Virus record (IMG/VR): IMGVR_UViG_2029527006_000005
Reading direction: 5' to 3' (one strand)
Length of the DNA: 64,000 nucleotides
Source of the DNA: a virus
Taxonomy: Duplodnaviria > Heunggongvirae > Uroviricota > Caudoviricetes
The notes beneath the pieces are model-generated. The model was not told where the DNA came from. It did not search any database and worked only from the letters and a program-made list of their open reading frames with translations. Positions 28,401 to 38,487 of the stretch are shown here, one piece after another. Both the position numbers and the translations under genes were made by a program. Within the stretch, counting starts at the first letter, position 1, and every line of letters starts with the position of its first letter.

Positions 28401-29144
28401 TTACCTCTTGAATCTGTCAAAGCTATGCTCATCTTTCGGTCTACGGAAGTGACGTGGAGTTTTACCACTGAACATAGTAAATGTTAAATCACCACTCAAG
28501 AACTGACTATCAATCCACATACGGTTACCGTACACTAATGGGTCAACTACACCAGTGTGTCCAGAAAGTACATAATCGATACCAGCAATCTTTGGTGCGT
28601 TAGGAGTTTGATTGTACTTACAATCATCGAATACTTTACGATCCCAAATGATTTCTTCCACTAAGTCCCATTTCATAGGCTTAACATCAGCAACAAAAGT
28701 ATCCCAATCAGTATAGCGTAGTGGGACTCCACCGTGAACTAGACCAATCTTTAAACCTCTGTGATGAATTTCAATGATTAGTGGTAGTTGATCAACGAAA
28801 GGTCTGAAGTACTGGAATCCAGTTTCTCCTACTTCGTTAAGGAAAACATCACCACCGTTCTGCATATGGCAGTGGAAGAAATCTCGACGATGTTCACCCA
28901 TTACGTACATGTTTTCATGGTTCCCGATGATCATATAACGGTTCTCTTTGAATAGGAATTCGAATAGTAATTTAGCACTTTGAGGACCACGATCAATAAC
29001 ATCACCTACACTAAAGACATAATCTTTATCAGTGATTCCAAATTCCTTAAGTGAACGTTCATACAAATCAGCATTACCATGTAGGTCACCGACGATGAAT
29101 AGTTCCCGGTCATCGGGAACTACTATTTTCTGAAAATGATTCAT
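28401..29144 (-). CDS. Ser/Thr protein phosphatase, lambda NinI-like
   Basis: GDLHG, GDVIDRG, GNHE, HGG, GHT. Confidence 0.9.
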   Translation of the reverse strand: MNHFQKIVVPDDRELFIVGDLHGNADLYERSLKEFGITDKDYVFSVGDVIDRGPQSAKLLFEFLFKENRYMIIGNHENMYVMGEHRRDFFHCHMQNGGDVFLNEVGETGFQYFRPFVDQLPLIIEIHHRGLKIGLVHGGVPLRYTDWDTFVADVKPMKWDLVEEIIWDRKVFDDCKYNQTPNAPKIAGIDYVLSGHTGVVDPLVYGNRMWIDSQFLSGDLTFTMFSGKTPRHFRRPKDEHSFDRFKR

Positions 29145-29767
29145 AAATTTGTTGTCTCTATATTATTAGCATAATCATAAGCTAATTTATTTTTAATATT
29201 ATGTAAAGCGTCAACCACATCTTGATAAAAGAATGGCTCATTTTTATACTTATCTATAATAAGATCAGTATATTGTATTTTACCTAATTGCCATGCTTTA
29301 TGTGCTTCATTTGTAGTTTTGTATCTACCTAGATTTTTAAGTACACCAAACATTCTTATTGATGTTTTATACAGATTTCTATCCTTAGATACACCCAATG
29401 GATATATACCCCTGCTACCAGCACTAATACGATAGGCATTATTAATATACACTGGAATCAACAAACATGTATCAGGTGAATACATATGTAAATCTGTTTT
29501 TAAATCTTTATCCAATTCCAAAACACTTATATATTCGCCAACTGGATGTGAATCAATCCATTTTTTGAAATTACTGAAGTACTTCCACTCTTCATGAACC
29601 ATTGACCCACTGTAGGTTGGTCTACAAGATTGGTATTTTACACTAGTGGTTCTAATTTTCATCTGTGCCCATTTGTCGTAAATTGGGCAAGTCCACACTT
29701 GTTTACACTTACCGTCAGTGGTTTCATATAGAGATACTTTATAATCAGCATCATTTATGAATTCCAT
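29141..29767 (-). CDS. HNH-type homing endonuclease (free-standing)
   Basis: EEWKYFSNFKKW, LDKDL, YSPDTCLLIPxxIN, C-terminal GV...LGRY...EAHKAW; more AT-rich than its neighbours. Confidence 0.75.
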   Translation of the reverse strand: MEFINDADYKVSLYETTDGKCKQVWTCPIYDKWAQMKIRTTSVKYQSCRPTYSGSMVHEEWKYFSNFKKWIDSHPVGEYISVLELDKDLKTDLHMYSPDTCLLIPVYINNAYRISAGSRGIYPLGVSKDRNLYKTSIRMFGVLKNLGRYKTTNEAHKAWQLGKIQYTDLIIDKYKNEPFFYQDVVDALHNIKNKLAYDYANNIETTNL

Positions 29768-29770
29768 ATT

Positions 29771-30460
29771 TTACCTTATAAAATTTAAGTACTCAAGGAT
29801 GTTCTGACAATCACTATCCTCAAATACTATATCTTCATCTATTCTTACTATCCATACACCATCGCAATAAGTCATATAATAGTCTTCATCACTATGCCAC
29901 AAACCAATTTCAATACTCGGTTTACCTTGATATGCTGAATTGGAAGTAAGGTGCTTAACCATATTCTCTAAAAATATATGACCATTCTGGAAATCGAAAT
30001 TTCCACGCAATACATATACAGTGAATTGATCACCATGAACATATGGTGTCATTACACGGAAACCATTTCTACTCAAGAAATCTGCACTAGCAGTACTTCC
30101 ACAAATAGCGGCATTTGAGAAATAAGCATAGTCATCTAATTCTTCACGAGCATTAGCTTTGATACCTTCAATTTCATTCTCCAGTACTTCTAATTGCTTC
30201 TGAACAAATAACATACCATTTCTGGATTCTTCTGCTTTTATTTTCTCACTAATGAGATCCATTTCAATTCGTTTAGCTTTAGTATCATTATGATCAAACC
30301 CATGACTATATTGTAAATCAACTAACTCTCCAAACAAATCATTCTTCTTTAGATATAAGTTATTGATTTCACCTTTAGTTAAAGAGATTAATTGCACGGA
30401 AAGTTCATTGACCGTATCATAACGGTCAGTGAGTAATTTTACATAGTCTTGTGCTGTCAT
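29771..30460 (-). CDS. Coiled-coil hypothetical protein
   Basis: 229-aa ORF. Confidence 0.7.
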   Translation of the reverse strand: MTAQDYVKLLTDRYDTVNELSVQLISLTKGEINNLYLKKNDLFGELVDLQYSHGFDHNDTKAKRIEMDLISEKIKAEESRNGMLFVQKQLEVLENEIEGIKANAREELDDYAYFSNAAICGSTASADFLSRNGFRVMTPYVHGDQFTVYVLRGNFDFQNGHIFLENMVKHLTSNSAYQGKPSIEIGLWHSDEDYYMTYCDGVWIVRIDEDIVFEDSDCQNILEYLNFIR

Positions 30461-30795
30461 GATTTTTTAATAATAACCTTTGGGTCAGAATTGTGTTTAT
30501 TATAACGGTCACGAACAATACTATTCTCGGACTGATCTACACGCCAGCGTTCACCACAAGAACGACACTCACCCTCGTACCAGTACTCATCATCTGAACG
30601 ACAATAGTTTCCAGTGTCAGAACGTGCACAAACTGTCATGTGTCGATGTTGACAAGTGTCCTGTAAATCTTGAATTTCTTTATAGAGGGCAGCTTGTTTC
30701 TTTTGAATAGCAATGATTGCTTCACGGCGTTCAGCTTCTTCTAAATCAAAGAACTGCTCTCCATTATCTGTGTAATAGATTTTCTCTTCTCTCAT
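30457..30795 (-). CDS. Hypothetical zinc-binding protein
   Basis: CQH...CRSCG. Confidence 0.7.
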   Translation of the reverse strand: MREEKIYYTDNGEQFFDLEEAERREAIIAIQKKQAALYKEIQDLQDTCQHRHMTVCARSDTGNYCRSDDEYWYEGECRSCGERWRVDQSENSIVRDRYNKHNSDPKVIIKKS

Positions 30796-31688
30796 TACAT
30801 TTCCTCTTTGAATGGTTTAATCATGTGTTGGTTTGCATGGAAACGCTTGACAAAATCATCTTCACCAAATTCACGGAACAAAGCAATAATATCATAGAAA
30901 CGTTTATATGCGAATTCACGGAACCATCCAGAAGTAATACTAGTACAAACCTTAATCAAGGCAGTAATGAAAGCATGTTTTGGAGTTGGTTCGAAGTTGA
31001 ATGGAATCAAACAACGTTCTAGTGCTAGTACACAAGTTTCCTCATACACACCTAGTAGCTGTCTGATATCACTGCACTCAAAGAACTTAGCCTTGTCAAC
31101 CATTACTTCAGCACCATCTTTCATATAACTTTTATATGCAGGTGCATCCATAATAGCGACGGCTTCATGAATGGTATCGTGGTCATAGATGTACCCAACC
31201 TCATCTTGGAAGAAGGTTTCTTTGGACTGATTGAGTACTGGATGGTCGTAATTATACGTTTCTTTCTCCCGAATGTCAAGGATTTTTTTCAACTCCACAT
31301 CGAGACTTGCACCCATCTTTTCCATATCGCGAATATGAGAACGAGTCTTTAGAAAGTGAGGACTATTACGCAAATAACGATGAGACATTTTAATACAGTA
31401 CAATACATTTAGTGAAGCGATTACATCTTCTTCTACACCCCAAGCATTACTGTACTTCATTAATTGTTCAGTACTATTATTGTCGTGTGCAATGTAGAAC
31501 TCATAGTTCAAACCATTACAGAATAGATGACAATAATCGGAGGTACGTTTGTGAATAACAAAATCCTTCATATTACTGAAGTACTCAATTTGTTCATCGA
31601 GTTCTTTATCAGTGCACATGTAGTCTAAATCTTGTGGGGTAATCTCTGGCTTATAGGATTTATAAGCATAGGAACCAATTGCTAGCAT
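30795..31688 (-). CDS. Phage nucleotidyltransferase-like protein
   Basis: IGS...DLD at N-terminus, KMSH, YDHDTIH, TSGWFR. Confidence 0.6.
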   Translation of the reverse strand: MLAIGSYAYKSYKPEITPQDLDYMCTDKELDEQIEYFSNMKDFVIHKRTSDYCHLFCNGLNYEFYIAHDNNSTEQLMKYSNAWGVEEDVIASLNVLYCIKMSHRYLRNSPHFLKTRSHIRDMEKMGASLDVELKKILDIREKETYNYDHPVLNQSKETFFQDEVGYIYDHDTIHEAVAIMDAPAYKSYMKDGAEVMVDKAKFFECSDIRQLLGVYEETCVLALERCLIPFNFEPTPKHAFITALIKVCTSITSGWFREFAYKRFYDIIALFREFGEDDFVKRFHANQHMIKPFKEEM

Positions 31689-32254
31689 AGTCCGTCCTCC
31701 ATCATGTATTTTAATGCGTCTTTTAGATTGTTGTACTGACGTAAGTAAGTACCTTCAACGCAGTATAAGTTTTTGTGCGGGAAGTAATTCATATTCATAA
31801 CCGAATCACCTCTAATAGCAAGATTGTAACATAAGTCTGTTTCCATTACATAGCTAGGTTTTGTGTTTTCTAATGCTATTGGAAGGTAGTATAAAATCTT
31901 TTCAATATTCTCTTTGATATATATGCGGTCAGCATACCAAATGAAATTTTGTCCAGAAACATCACGGTCTAATTTCATTGTCCAAAAGAACGCTTTGCAT
32001 TTATCTAGATAGTATTGACTACGGCTATAAGTGATATTGTCACAGAAGTATTTCATTTGTTCTTCAAATGGTATATAGATTACAGACTGTATATCTCTGC
32101 GGTCAAGTTCTTCTTGTAGTTTATCGTATTCACGTTGATACTCCAGCACGGTATGTTGAATACTACTCAACCGATTCTTTTCAAATTTAATTAAAGAACC
32201 TAGTGCATTCATTTCATCAAGAATATGTTTATCAGATTTTTCATTACCAATCAT
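31682..32254 (-). CDS. Hypothetical protein
   Basis: ORF with GAGG RBS. Confidence 0.7.
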   Translation of the reverse strand: MIGNEKSDKHILDEMNALGSLIKFEKNRLSSIQHTVLEYQREYDKLQEELDRRDIQSVIYIPFEEQMKYFCDNITYSRSQYYLDKCKAFFWTMKLDRDVSGQNFIWYADRIYIKENIEKILYYLPIALENTKPSYVMETDLCYNLAIRGDSVMNMNYFPHKNLYCVEGTYLRQYNNLKDALKYMMEDGLC

Positions 32255-32270
32255 ATTACCTCACTTAAAC

Positions 32271-32288
32271 GGGGAGAGTACTCTCCCC
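32271..32288 (-). terminator. Perfect palindrome / terminator centred on AGTACT
   Basis: GGGGAGAGTACTCTCCCC. Confidence 0.6.
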
Positions 32289-32294
32289 TGATAA

Positions 32295-32519
32295 TTAGCA
32301 GAAGTCAGAGCTAGATAGCCATTGACCACCAGAGTTACCGTGATAGTCACGTAGATATTCATCTTCGTTGATGTACTTCTCACAATAGAATTCTTTATCA
32401 ATGATGTTTAGACTAAAGTTAACATCGTTATCATCAGCAATTTTCATTAGCTCACGAATCTTGATAGTGATTTCTTCAATGCGTAGATCGATTTCTTGTT
32501 GTACTGGACTCTTAGACAT
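32295..32519 (-). CDS. Small protein ending WLSSSDFC
   Basis: 74-aa ORF. Confidence 0.7.
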   Translation of the reverse strand: MSKSPVQQEIDLRIEEITIKIRELMKIADDNDVNFSLNIIDKEFYCEKYINEDEYLRDYHGNSGGQWLSSSDFC

Positions 32520-32521
32520 TA

Positions 32522-33170
32522 TTACTTTCCTTTTGTTACTTTTATATTTTTCAAATTAGATAAATCAATTCCGAATAGACCCAAAAGCCCACGGAGCGTG
32601 TACCAAATAATATGATGCACAATACAAGGCCACAAAATGAATGTGAGCAATGAATCTTTTAAAAACTCTGGTAGATATACTTCTCTTCCATAATCGCGAT
32701 AATCATATAGAAGTACTCCTAAACCTCCTAGAAATCCACCAATCCAAATTAGAATAGCAAGTGTTATTAAACTCATACCTTATCCTTCTTTTTCTTTTTA
32801 AGTACTATTTTAGGAGATGCATGTAGTAATGCACCAAGTACGATTATCATAACAATAGGCCAACAAAAACCAGCTACTATATCAATGAATACATCACCTA
32901 AAGTATATTCGTCACTTAGTACATAATCGATAATCCAGAAGAGTACGGTAAAACACCCACACAAGTATAGATATATTAGTACTTCATTAGGCATGAACGT
33001 ATACCCTCCCAAATAAACAATGATAAGAAGAAAGGCCACAGGATAGCAAGTCCGATGCTTGTGACAATGTTTACAAGCCACCAGCCAGCATTTAGTGGGA
33101 AGATTTCTGAAAGTACACACCATACAAAAATTACAGCAGCTACAATCAGATAGATATAAAGAATAGTCAT
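32522..33170 (-). CDS. Three overlapping small membrane proteins (32522-32776, 32773-32994, 32976-33170) sharing an xWP motif
   Basis: ILWP, FCWP and ILWP after two hydrophobic segments. Confidence 0.65.
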
Positions 33171-33171
33171 T

Positions 33172-33429
33172 TTATTTCCTTTTTAGATGTACTGGTACAT
33201 GATAAAATGGATTGAAATCTGCACCATTGGTATCATGAATACATACGTTAAATGTTTTACCAGTGAGAACATCGGCGGGAGTTTCAATAAATTTGTGTAG
33301 AACATCGACATTGGTCGGTTCGGTTATCACAGTTACATCATAACCTTCTTCACGTAGTATAGCAGCAATTCTCATGCTTGTCAATGTTTTTCCACAATGA
33401 CTTGAACCTTCAATTTTAATTTTAATCAT
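33172..33429 (-). CDS. Small P-loop protein (thymidylate-kinase-like N-terminus)
   Basis: IEGSSHCGKT...GYDVTVITEP. Confidence 0.5.
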   Translation of the reverse strand: MIKIKIEGSSHCGKTLTSMRIAAILREEGYDVTVITEPTNVDVLHKFIETPADVLTGKTFNVCIHDTNGADFNPFYHVPVHLKRK

Positions 33430-35240
33430 TTATTGTACAAAGCTCCGAGTTGACTCTATCCATTCCTTCAGTGTCAGTGAAATGTATTTGTGTACCCACT
33501 GGATCTACTGTATGAATAGTGAATGTAACATCAGCTTCATCATCCATTTTAATAGATTTACCAATGTACTTTTGGCGAATAAGTTCAAGTACTGCATTAG
33601 CTTCTTTTGCAACACTGATTACCATTTCATACATAGTTAATATTGGTTCAGGATCTACAACTTCTTTTTGTATTGATACAAATCTAGTGTACGCAATTTG
33701 TTGTATTCCAATTTTAACCTTACAATACATGTGAAGTTTAGAATTTTTATCTACAGAAAAACCATACACCGAGTCAAATACATCTTCACTCTTTAGAGAA
33801 ATTTTAAATGTATCATTAAAGGGTTTTACATCCTGCATTAGAATTTGCTCTGCATTCTTTAAGTTTTTGAACTTATCTATTAATTCATCTTTAATCACGT
33901 AATTCAAACTCCTGTAGGCTTTTTACTAATATACTTCTATCAGGATTACGCAATTGAATCGTAATATTATTATAGAAGTCAATATCGGCTATACAATATA
34001 CATCACCATTTGATTGGTCCACAACAATACGATTCAAATACAGATCTTGAATCTGTTTTTTACTTTTGTTTATAATATTCCGTACTGAAAGAAAATTGGA
34101 ACAAACTTCTTCAATTTTCTTATGATTAGTTTTAAATGCATATACATCATACATTTGCATTTTAGTACTAAAAGTCTTCCATCCACTAGTAGTTCTGGGT
34201 TCATCTTGAACTGTAACTTTACAGTGCATGAGAATTCCACCACTACCTTGACTCAAACTAAGAGGATATATTTCATCAATACTATCATCATATTTGTGCT
34301 TAAGACGAAGGTTTTTTAATTCAAGTAAAGCACGTCCCTCAAATTGTTTTAGTATATTAATTAGACTATTGTGACGATCAATTAAATCGCAATTCATAAT
34401 ATAAATCCTCACCAGCCAGTACTTCAGCCTTTTTTATTTCTGCACAAACCAAGAGATATGGATAAAGAATCTCTTCTATTCTATTAGACTTACCACGAAG
34501 TTCATCAACTGTAAATGTTCTCAATGAAGTTTGTGGCATTATTGGATACCCACTATTATCATATAGTTTTATTTCACTACCTAATAATTTTATTCCATCT
34601 TTGGTGATCACAATATTGGATACAGCAAGTCTAGTTCTTGAATTATTTGATAGTACTGAATTTAATGCTTTAACTGTACTGACTCTTAGTTCATCTAGTG
34701 CTAGAATAAGATTTTTGTACTTCTGTAAATTATCATTCATACATAATTCCATTCGGTGTAGTTAAAACGATTGATAGCCACTTCTCTACCACTTTCCCGG
34801 TGTTCAGCCTTGAGGTAAAATCTGTTTTCACCAATAGTTACTAAACGTGTAATTATATATATGTCCAAATCATAAGTACACATACATTCTCTTCCACGGT
34901 ACTTATCTTCCAAATCATCTCTGGCATCGTATGCGAGTGATAGTAATTGATAATATGCAGATGCACAAGGTTCAACTAAATTTGCCAATTCTGGACAATT
35001 ATTCATTTGTATCCAAAAAGCAGCTTCGGAAATACGGAAAGAACCTTTCTGTTTTTTAAGAAGATTGAAACGTAACTGTTCAATACCCGAATCATCAAAA
35101 TCCAGTACTAGATATTCATATCCATCAAGTACTAAAATTTTATTGCAAATCTGATACCTTATTGATTTTTCTAAACTTTTAGCACTAGTAATAAGTGATT
35201 CATACTTACGTCTTAAGTCGCAGTACTCAACTGTAATCAT
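33422..35240 (-). CDS. Four tandem divergent hypothetical paralogs (33422-33907, 33891-34412, 34378-34752, 34737-35240)
   Basis: Shared N-terminal DL..K[YF]..L helix; overlapping start/stop codons. Confidence 0.6.
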
Positions 35241-35629
35241 TCAATAATCCTTACTAGACGTGTTGCACCGTTACAGTACTGAATACAATACGGTCCGAAT
35301 TTACCATCAATATTATCCTGCATGAATCTTTCAGTACTTTCACCCATAGATTTAGCTGCTTGAGCAAGATTGAGATAATACATTTCCGTATCATCACTGT
35401 AATAAACATCTATAACAGCATGATTTCTGGGAATATGTACTTTACGGACGAAGTGATATTGTACTGTACGATCAACAATTTCATCAGGCTTAGTAAAGAA
35501 AGTTTTATCTTCACTCATTTCTACTACTAAAATGAAAAGCTGTAATGGATTATCAAAGCGAAGCATTTTCACTAAATCTTCAAAACCACTCTCACCACGT
35601 CTACCAATAAGAAAAGTATAATCTTCCAT
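35237..35629 (-). CDS. Hypothetical protein
   Basis: AAGGA RBS. Confidence 0.7.
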   Translation of the reverse strand: MEDYTFLIGRRGESGFEDLVKMLRFDNPLQLFILVVEMSEDKTFFTKPDEIVDRTVQYHFVRKVHIPRNHAVIDVYYSDDTEMYYLNLAQAAKSMGESTERFMQDNIDGKFGPYCIQYCNGATRLVRIIE

Positions 35630-35669
35630 ATAGAATCCTTAAAAGGGCAGTGCAAGCACCGCCCGTATT

Positions 35670-36602
35670 TTAGAAATTACCTTCAGCCACGGCAAAGACC
35701 TTTAGGCCGATTAGGTTCCTCCACATTTTCACGACTTGTTCGCGATCATCGAATACTTTGACGACTTTCATCTTACCATGAACGTGCTTCATGTACAACT
35801 CATATTTCACGATATCATCGCTACGGTTGTCATGTTCTTCACGCATGAAGATGTGATCAACTGGAACATTGTGTTTTTCAAACCATGCAAGGGTATCAGC
35901 CATACAGGTTTCATGACGACCACTCATGACGATTACTTTACGACCGAGGAAGTTCTTTTCTGCTAGTACAGAAAGGATTACTTCAGGATCGGGTTTATCG
36001 TCAAGTACTTTAGTCTCGTCATAAGGTCCACGGTTCCACATATGTGCAACAGTACCATCCACATCCACGATGATATATTCTTGAGCATCTTCTGCGAAGA
36101 ACTCAGAATTAACTACGTGTACAAAAGAACTGTACAAGTACTTCACTGCCATATCATCGATTACTGATTCAGGAACTGCTTTAACGCGGTTGATGTTACG
36201 AGCCTTACAGTGTTTTACGAATTCTTTTACTGCAAAGAACTCGTGAACAAAGTCTTTACCCTTTTTGAACTCAGTGAAGAAGTTCTGTTCTTTGTAAGTG
36301 TATCCATGTGCCTTAGCAAATGCTTTCCACTTCTCACGAACTGTTGGGTTAAGGTTCGTGTCAGAAACGATGATGTTCCACTTGTTAGCTGCTGCATGTT
36401 CCGCTGCACTGCACTGTACAGATTGTACGTACTGTTCGTTGTCTTTACGGAACTTGTAGTTCTGGTGTGTACCAGCCATTGTCTCACGCACGTCATCAAG
36501 GTTGACGTTTACCGTTTTGGACTTTGCAGTACGTACCTGCTCGTTAGCCCAAGTACTTTTACCGCACCCCGGAAGTCCCACCGTTAGTGTTAGTGTTGGC
36601 AT
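35670..36602 (-). CDS. pseT: Polynucleotide 5'-kinase / 3'-phosphatase
   Basis: GLPGCGKS, DTNLN, DVDGT HAD motif, SGR, FDDR. Confidence 0.93.
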   Translation of the reverse strand: MPTLTLTVGLPGCGKSTWANEQVRTAKSKTVNVNLDDVRETMAGTHQNYKFRKDNEQYVQSVQCSAAEHAAANKWNIIVSDTNLNPTVREKWKAFAKAHGYTYKEQNFFTEFKKGKDFVHEFFAVKEFVKHCKARNINRVKAVPESVIDDMAVKYLYSSFVHVVNSEFFAEDAQEYIIVDVDGTVAHMWNRGPYDETKVLDDKPDPEVILSVLAEKNFLGRKVIVMSGRHETCMADTLAWFEKHNVPVDHIFMREEHDNRSDDIVKYELYMKHVHGKMKVVKVFDDREQVVKMWRNLIGLKVFAVAEGNF

Positions 36603-37307
36603 CTTTGTTTACTCCAAATTTGTCTGTAATGATATTCAAAACGTGTTCACCTACGCGAATACTCGCAGTATCTTTTGCACCACTGTATTTTAATGGTATC
36701 CACTCTAATTTAGCTTTGTGTAGAAAAGCTATACAACGACGATAATCACCTAATGAGAAAAATTTAACCACTGACATATCCTGTACTACACTGTGGGTAA
36801 CTTCTACTTTCATTTCTCTTCTCCTAAGCGTCTATAAAGTCATAATTATTGAACATCAAATCAATGTTGAAATATGCATCTGAATCAAAGTACAAACAAT
36901 TATCAATACAGTATATCTGATTTCCGATACCTTTGCAATGATTATATATGTCCTCTCGATCTTTTTCTGAGACTCCTGCACCTTTATCAATGCAGTACCA
37001 TTTCTCATTATAATGCATAATCGTTAGAACGTCAACCCTACGATTAGTCACGGTAATCTGTTCTCCCCATATTTTGAATGAACCTATTTTGATCATAGAT
37101 TCGTTCGGTCTTCGGTTTTTTGGGCTTGTGCTCCTTCTTGTACATAGTACTACTAATACCAAACGTGTTGGCAATCCGCTTCTTACTCTTCTTCACTCCC
37201 GCAAAGGAGCGTTTTGACTGCAAAGCGTCAATCTCTTGAAGTATTTTTCTATGTTCTTCTGGAGTACGGGTTTCTCCCTTTTTTAGTTTATATTTTGTGT
37301 TAGCCAT
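36559..37307 (-). CDS. Three small hypothetical proteins (36559-36813, 36824-~37096, 37044-37307)
   Basis: Overlapping ORFs between rnlA and pseT. Confidence 0.55.
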
Positions 37308-37335
37308 AACTTCTCCATGTCTTGGCTTATATGTA

Positions 37336-38487
37336 TTAGAAGTCTTCTAACACATCTTTCATGTACTTCAACATCACTTCTTTGTAATCCACAGGTTTAT
37401 TGTTGTATAACGCAAAAGCAATACCTTGATGATTCAAATCCTTTGGCAAGTTACGCTGTACTACTAAAGCGAACTCTTTACGATCAAGATCTTTATAAGC
37501 ACTTACAAAATCCTGCACAGTCTGTTGTAAGTTATTATAGGTTGAAAATACTAATTTTTCCATACGCTCAATCTTATCTAAGCAGTACTGATCAGTACTA
37601 AACATCTGACGTAAATCATCCGATCCACCTGTTAGTACTGCTTCGTATAGACGGGAATCAACGTTAATACTATCCTTAGTGAAGTGCAATGCACAGTACC
37701 ACTCGGTCTTAATTTTAAACATTGTACCATCTTTTAATTGAACGACAAAACCTTCGATACCCGTCATTTTATAAACAGACTCAATCGAATCTTTTAAAGT
37801 ATGACACATTGGGAAGGTTTTGTCAATATCCCCGCTGTTAGAAAATACTGATTTATTATATAGTACCGGGAAACGTTTTTTCAACGCTTCACCTGTTAGT
37901 AGCTCACCAGTGCTGCGGTGACGCAAGTTTAGTACAGTCAACTCATCTTTCTGATATGGTAACACAATCCTGAACTCAGGGGAAGTGTACTCCAAATTCA
38001 CCGTGTACATCGCTAGGTCAGCTTCAATGATTGCCTGATGGAAATCATCATCTGCGTGAATTAACGCCGTAGAATTGATTGCATGGTCGCTGTGCATAGA
38101 TGTATGAGACTTGGTACGGATCACTCCGTCATTATCAGTGAAAGTACTGATAATCGAACCATCACGCTTATCCATAGCAATTGTAATTTCCGAAGATAGA
38201 ACATCCTTCGGGAACATCACTAATGGATTCTCATAAGCGTTAAAGAATTTCTGTGGTGTACGACACGCGACACGGATTAAAGAACCGTCCGGGCGAATCT
38301 CGAACATTGTACCACGACACTCTAATGCCGATGGCTCTAAGAAATCCGAATAGGAAGCAAGACGGTACGCAAAGGTACGATACAAGCCACCAGCAATTGA
38401 TTGTGTGTCACGGAAAAAGAATGCTTCGTTCTTTTCACATAACTGTAGTAACTCATTGTACAACGTAATGATTGAAGGGGTTGCCAT
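37336..38487 (-). CDS. rnlA: RNA ligase 1, T4 RnlA-like
   Basis: ECRG, KFFN, KRDGS, IEGFVV, KIKTEWY; start probably MATPS. Confidence 0.92.
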   Translation of the reverse strand: MATPSIITLYNELLQLCEKNEAFFFRDTQSIAGGLYRTFAYRLASYSDFLEPSALECRGTMFEIRPDGSLIRVACRTPQKFFNAYENPLVMFPKDVLSSEITIAMDKRDGSIISTFTDNDGVIRTKSHTSMHSDHAINSTALIHADDDFHQAIIEADLAMYTVNLEYTSPEFRIVLPYQKDELTVLNLRHRSTGELLTGEALKKRFPVLYNKSVFSNSGDIDKTFPMCHTLKDSIESVYKMTGIEGFVVQLKDGTMFKIKTEWYCALHFTKDSINVDSRLYEAVLTGGSDDLRQMFSTDQYCLDKIERMEKLVFSTYNNLQQTVQDFVSAYKDLDRKEFALVVQRNLPKDLNHQGIAFALYNNKPVDYKEVMLKYMKDVLEDF

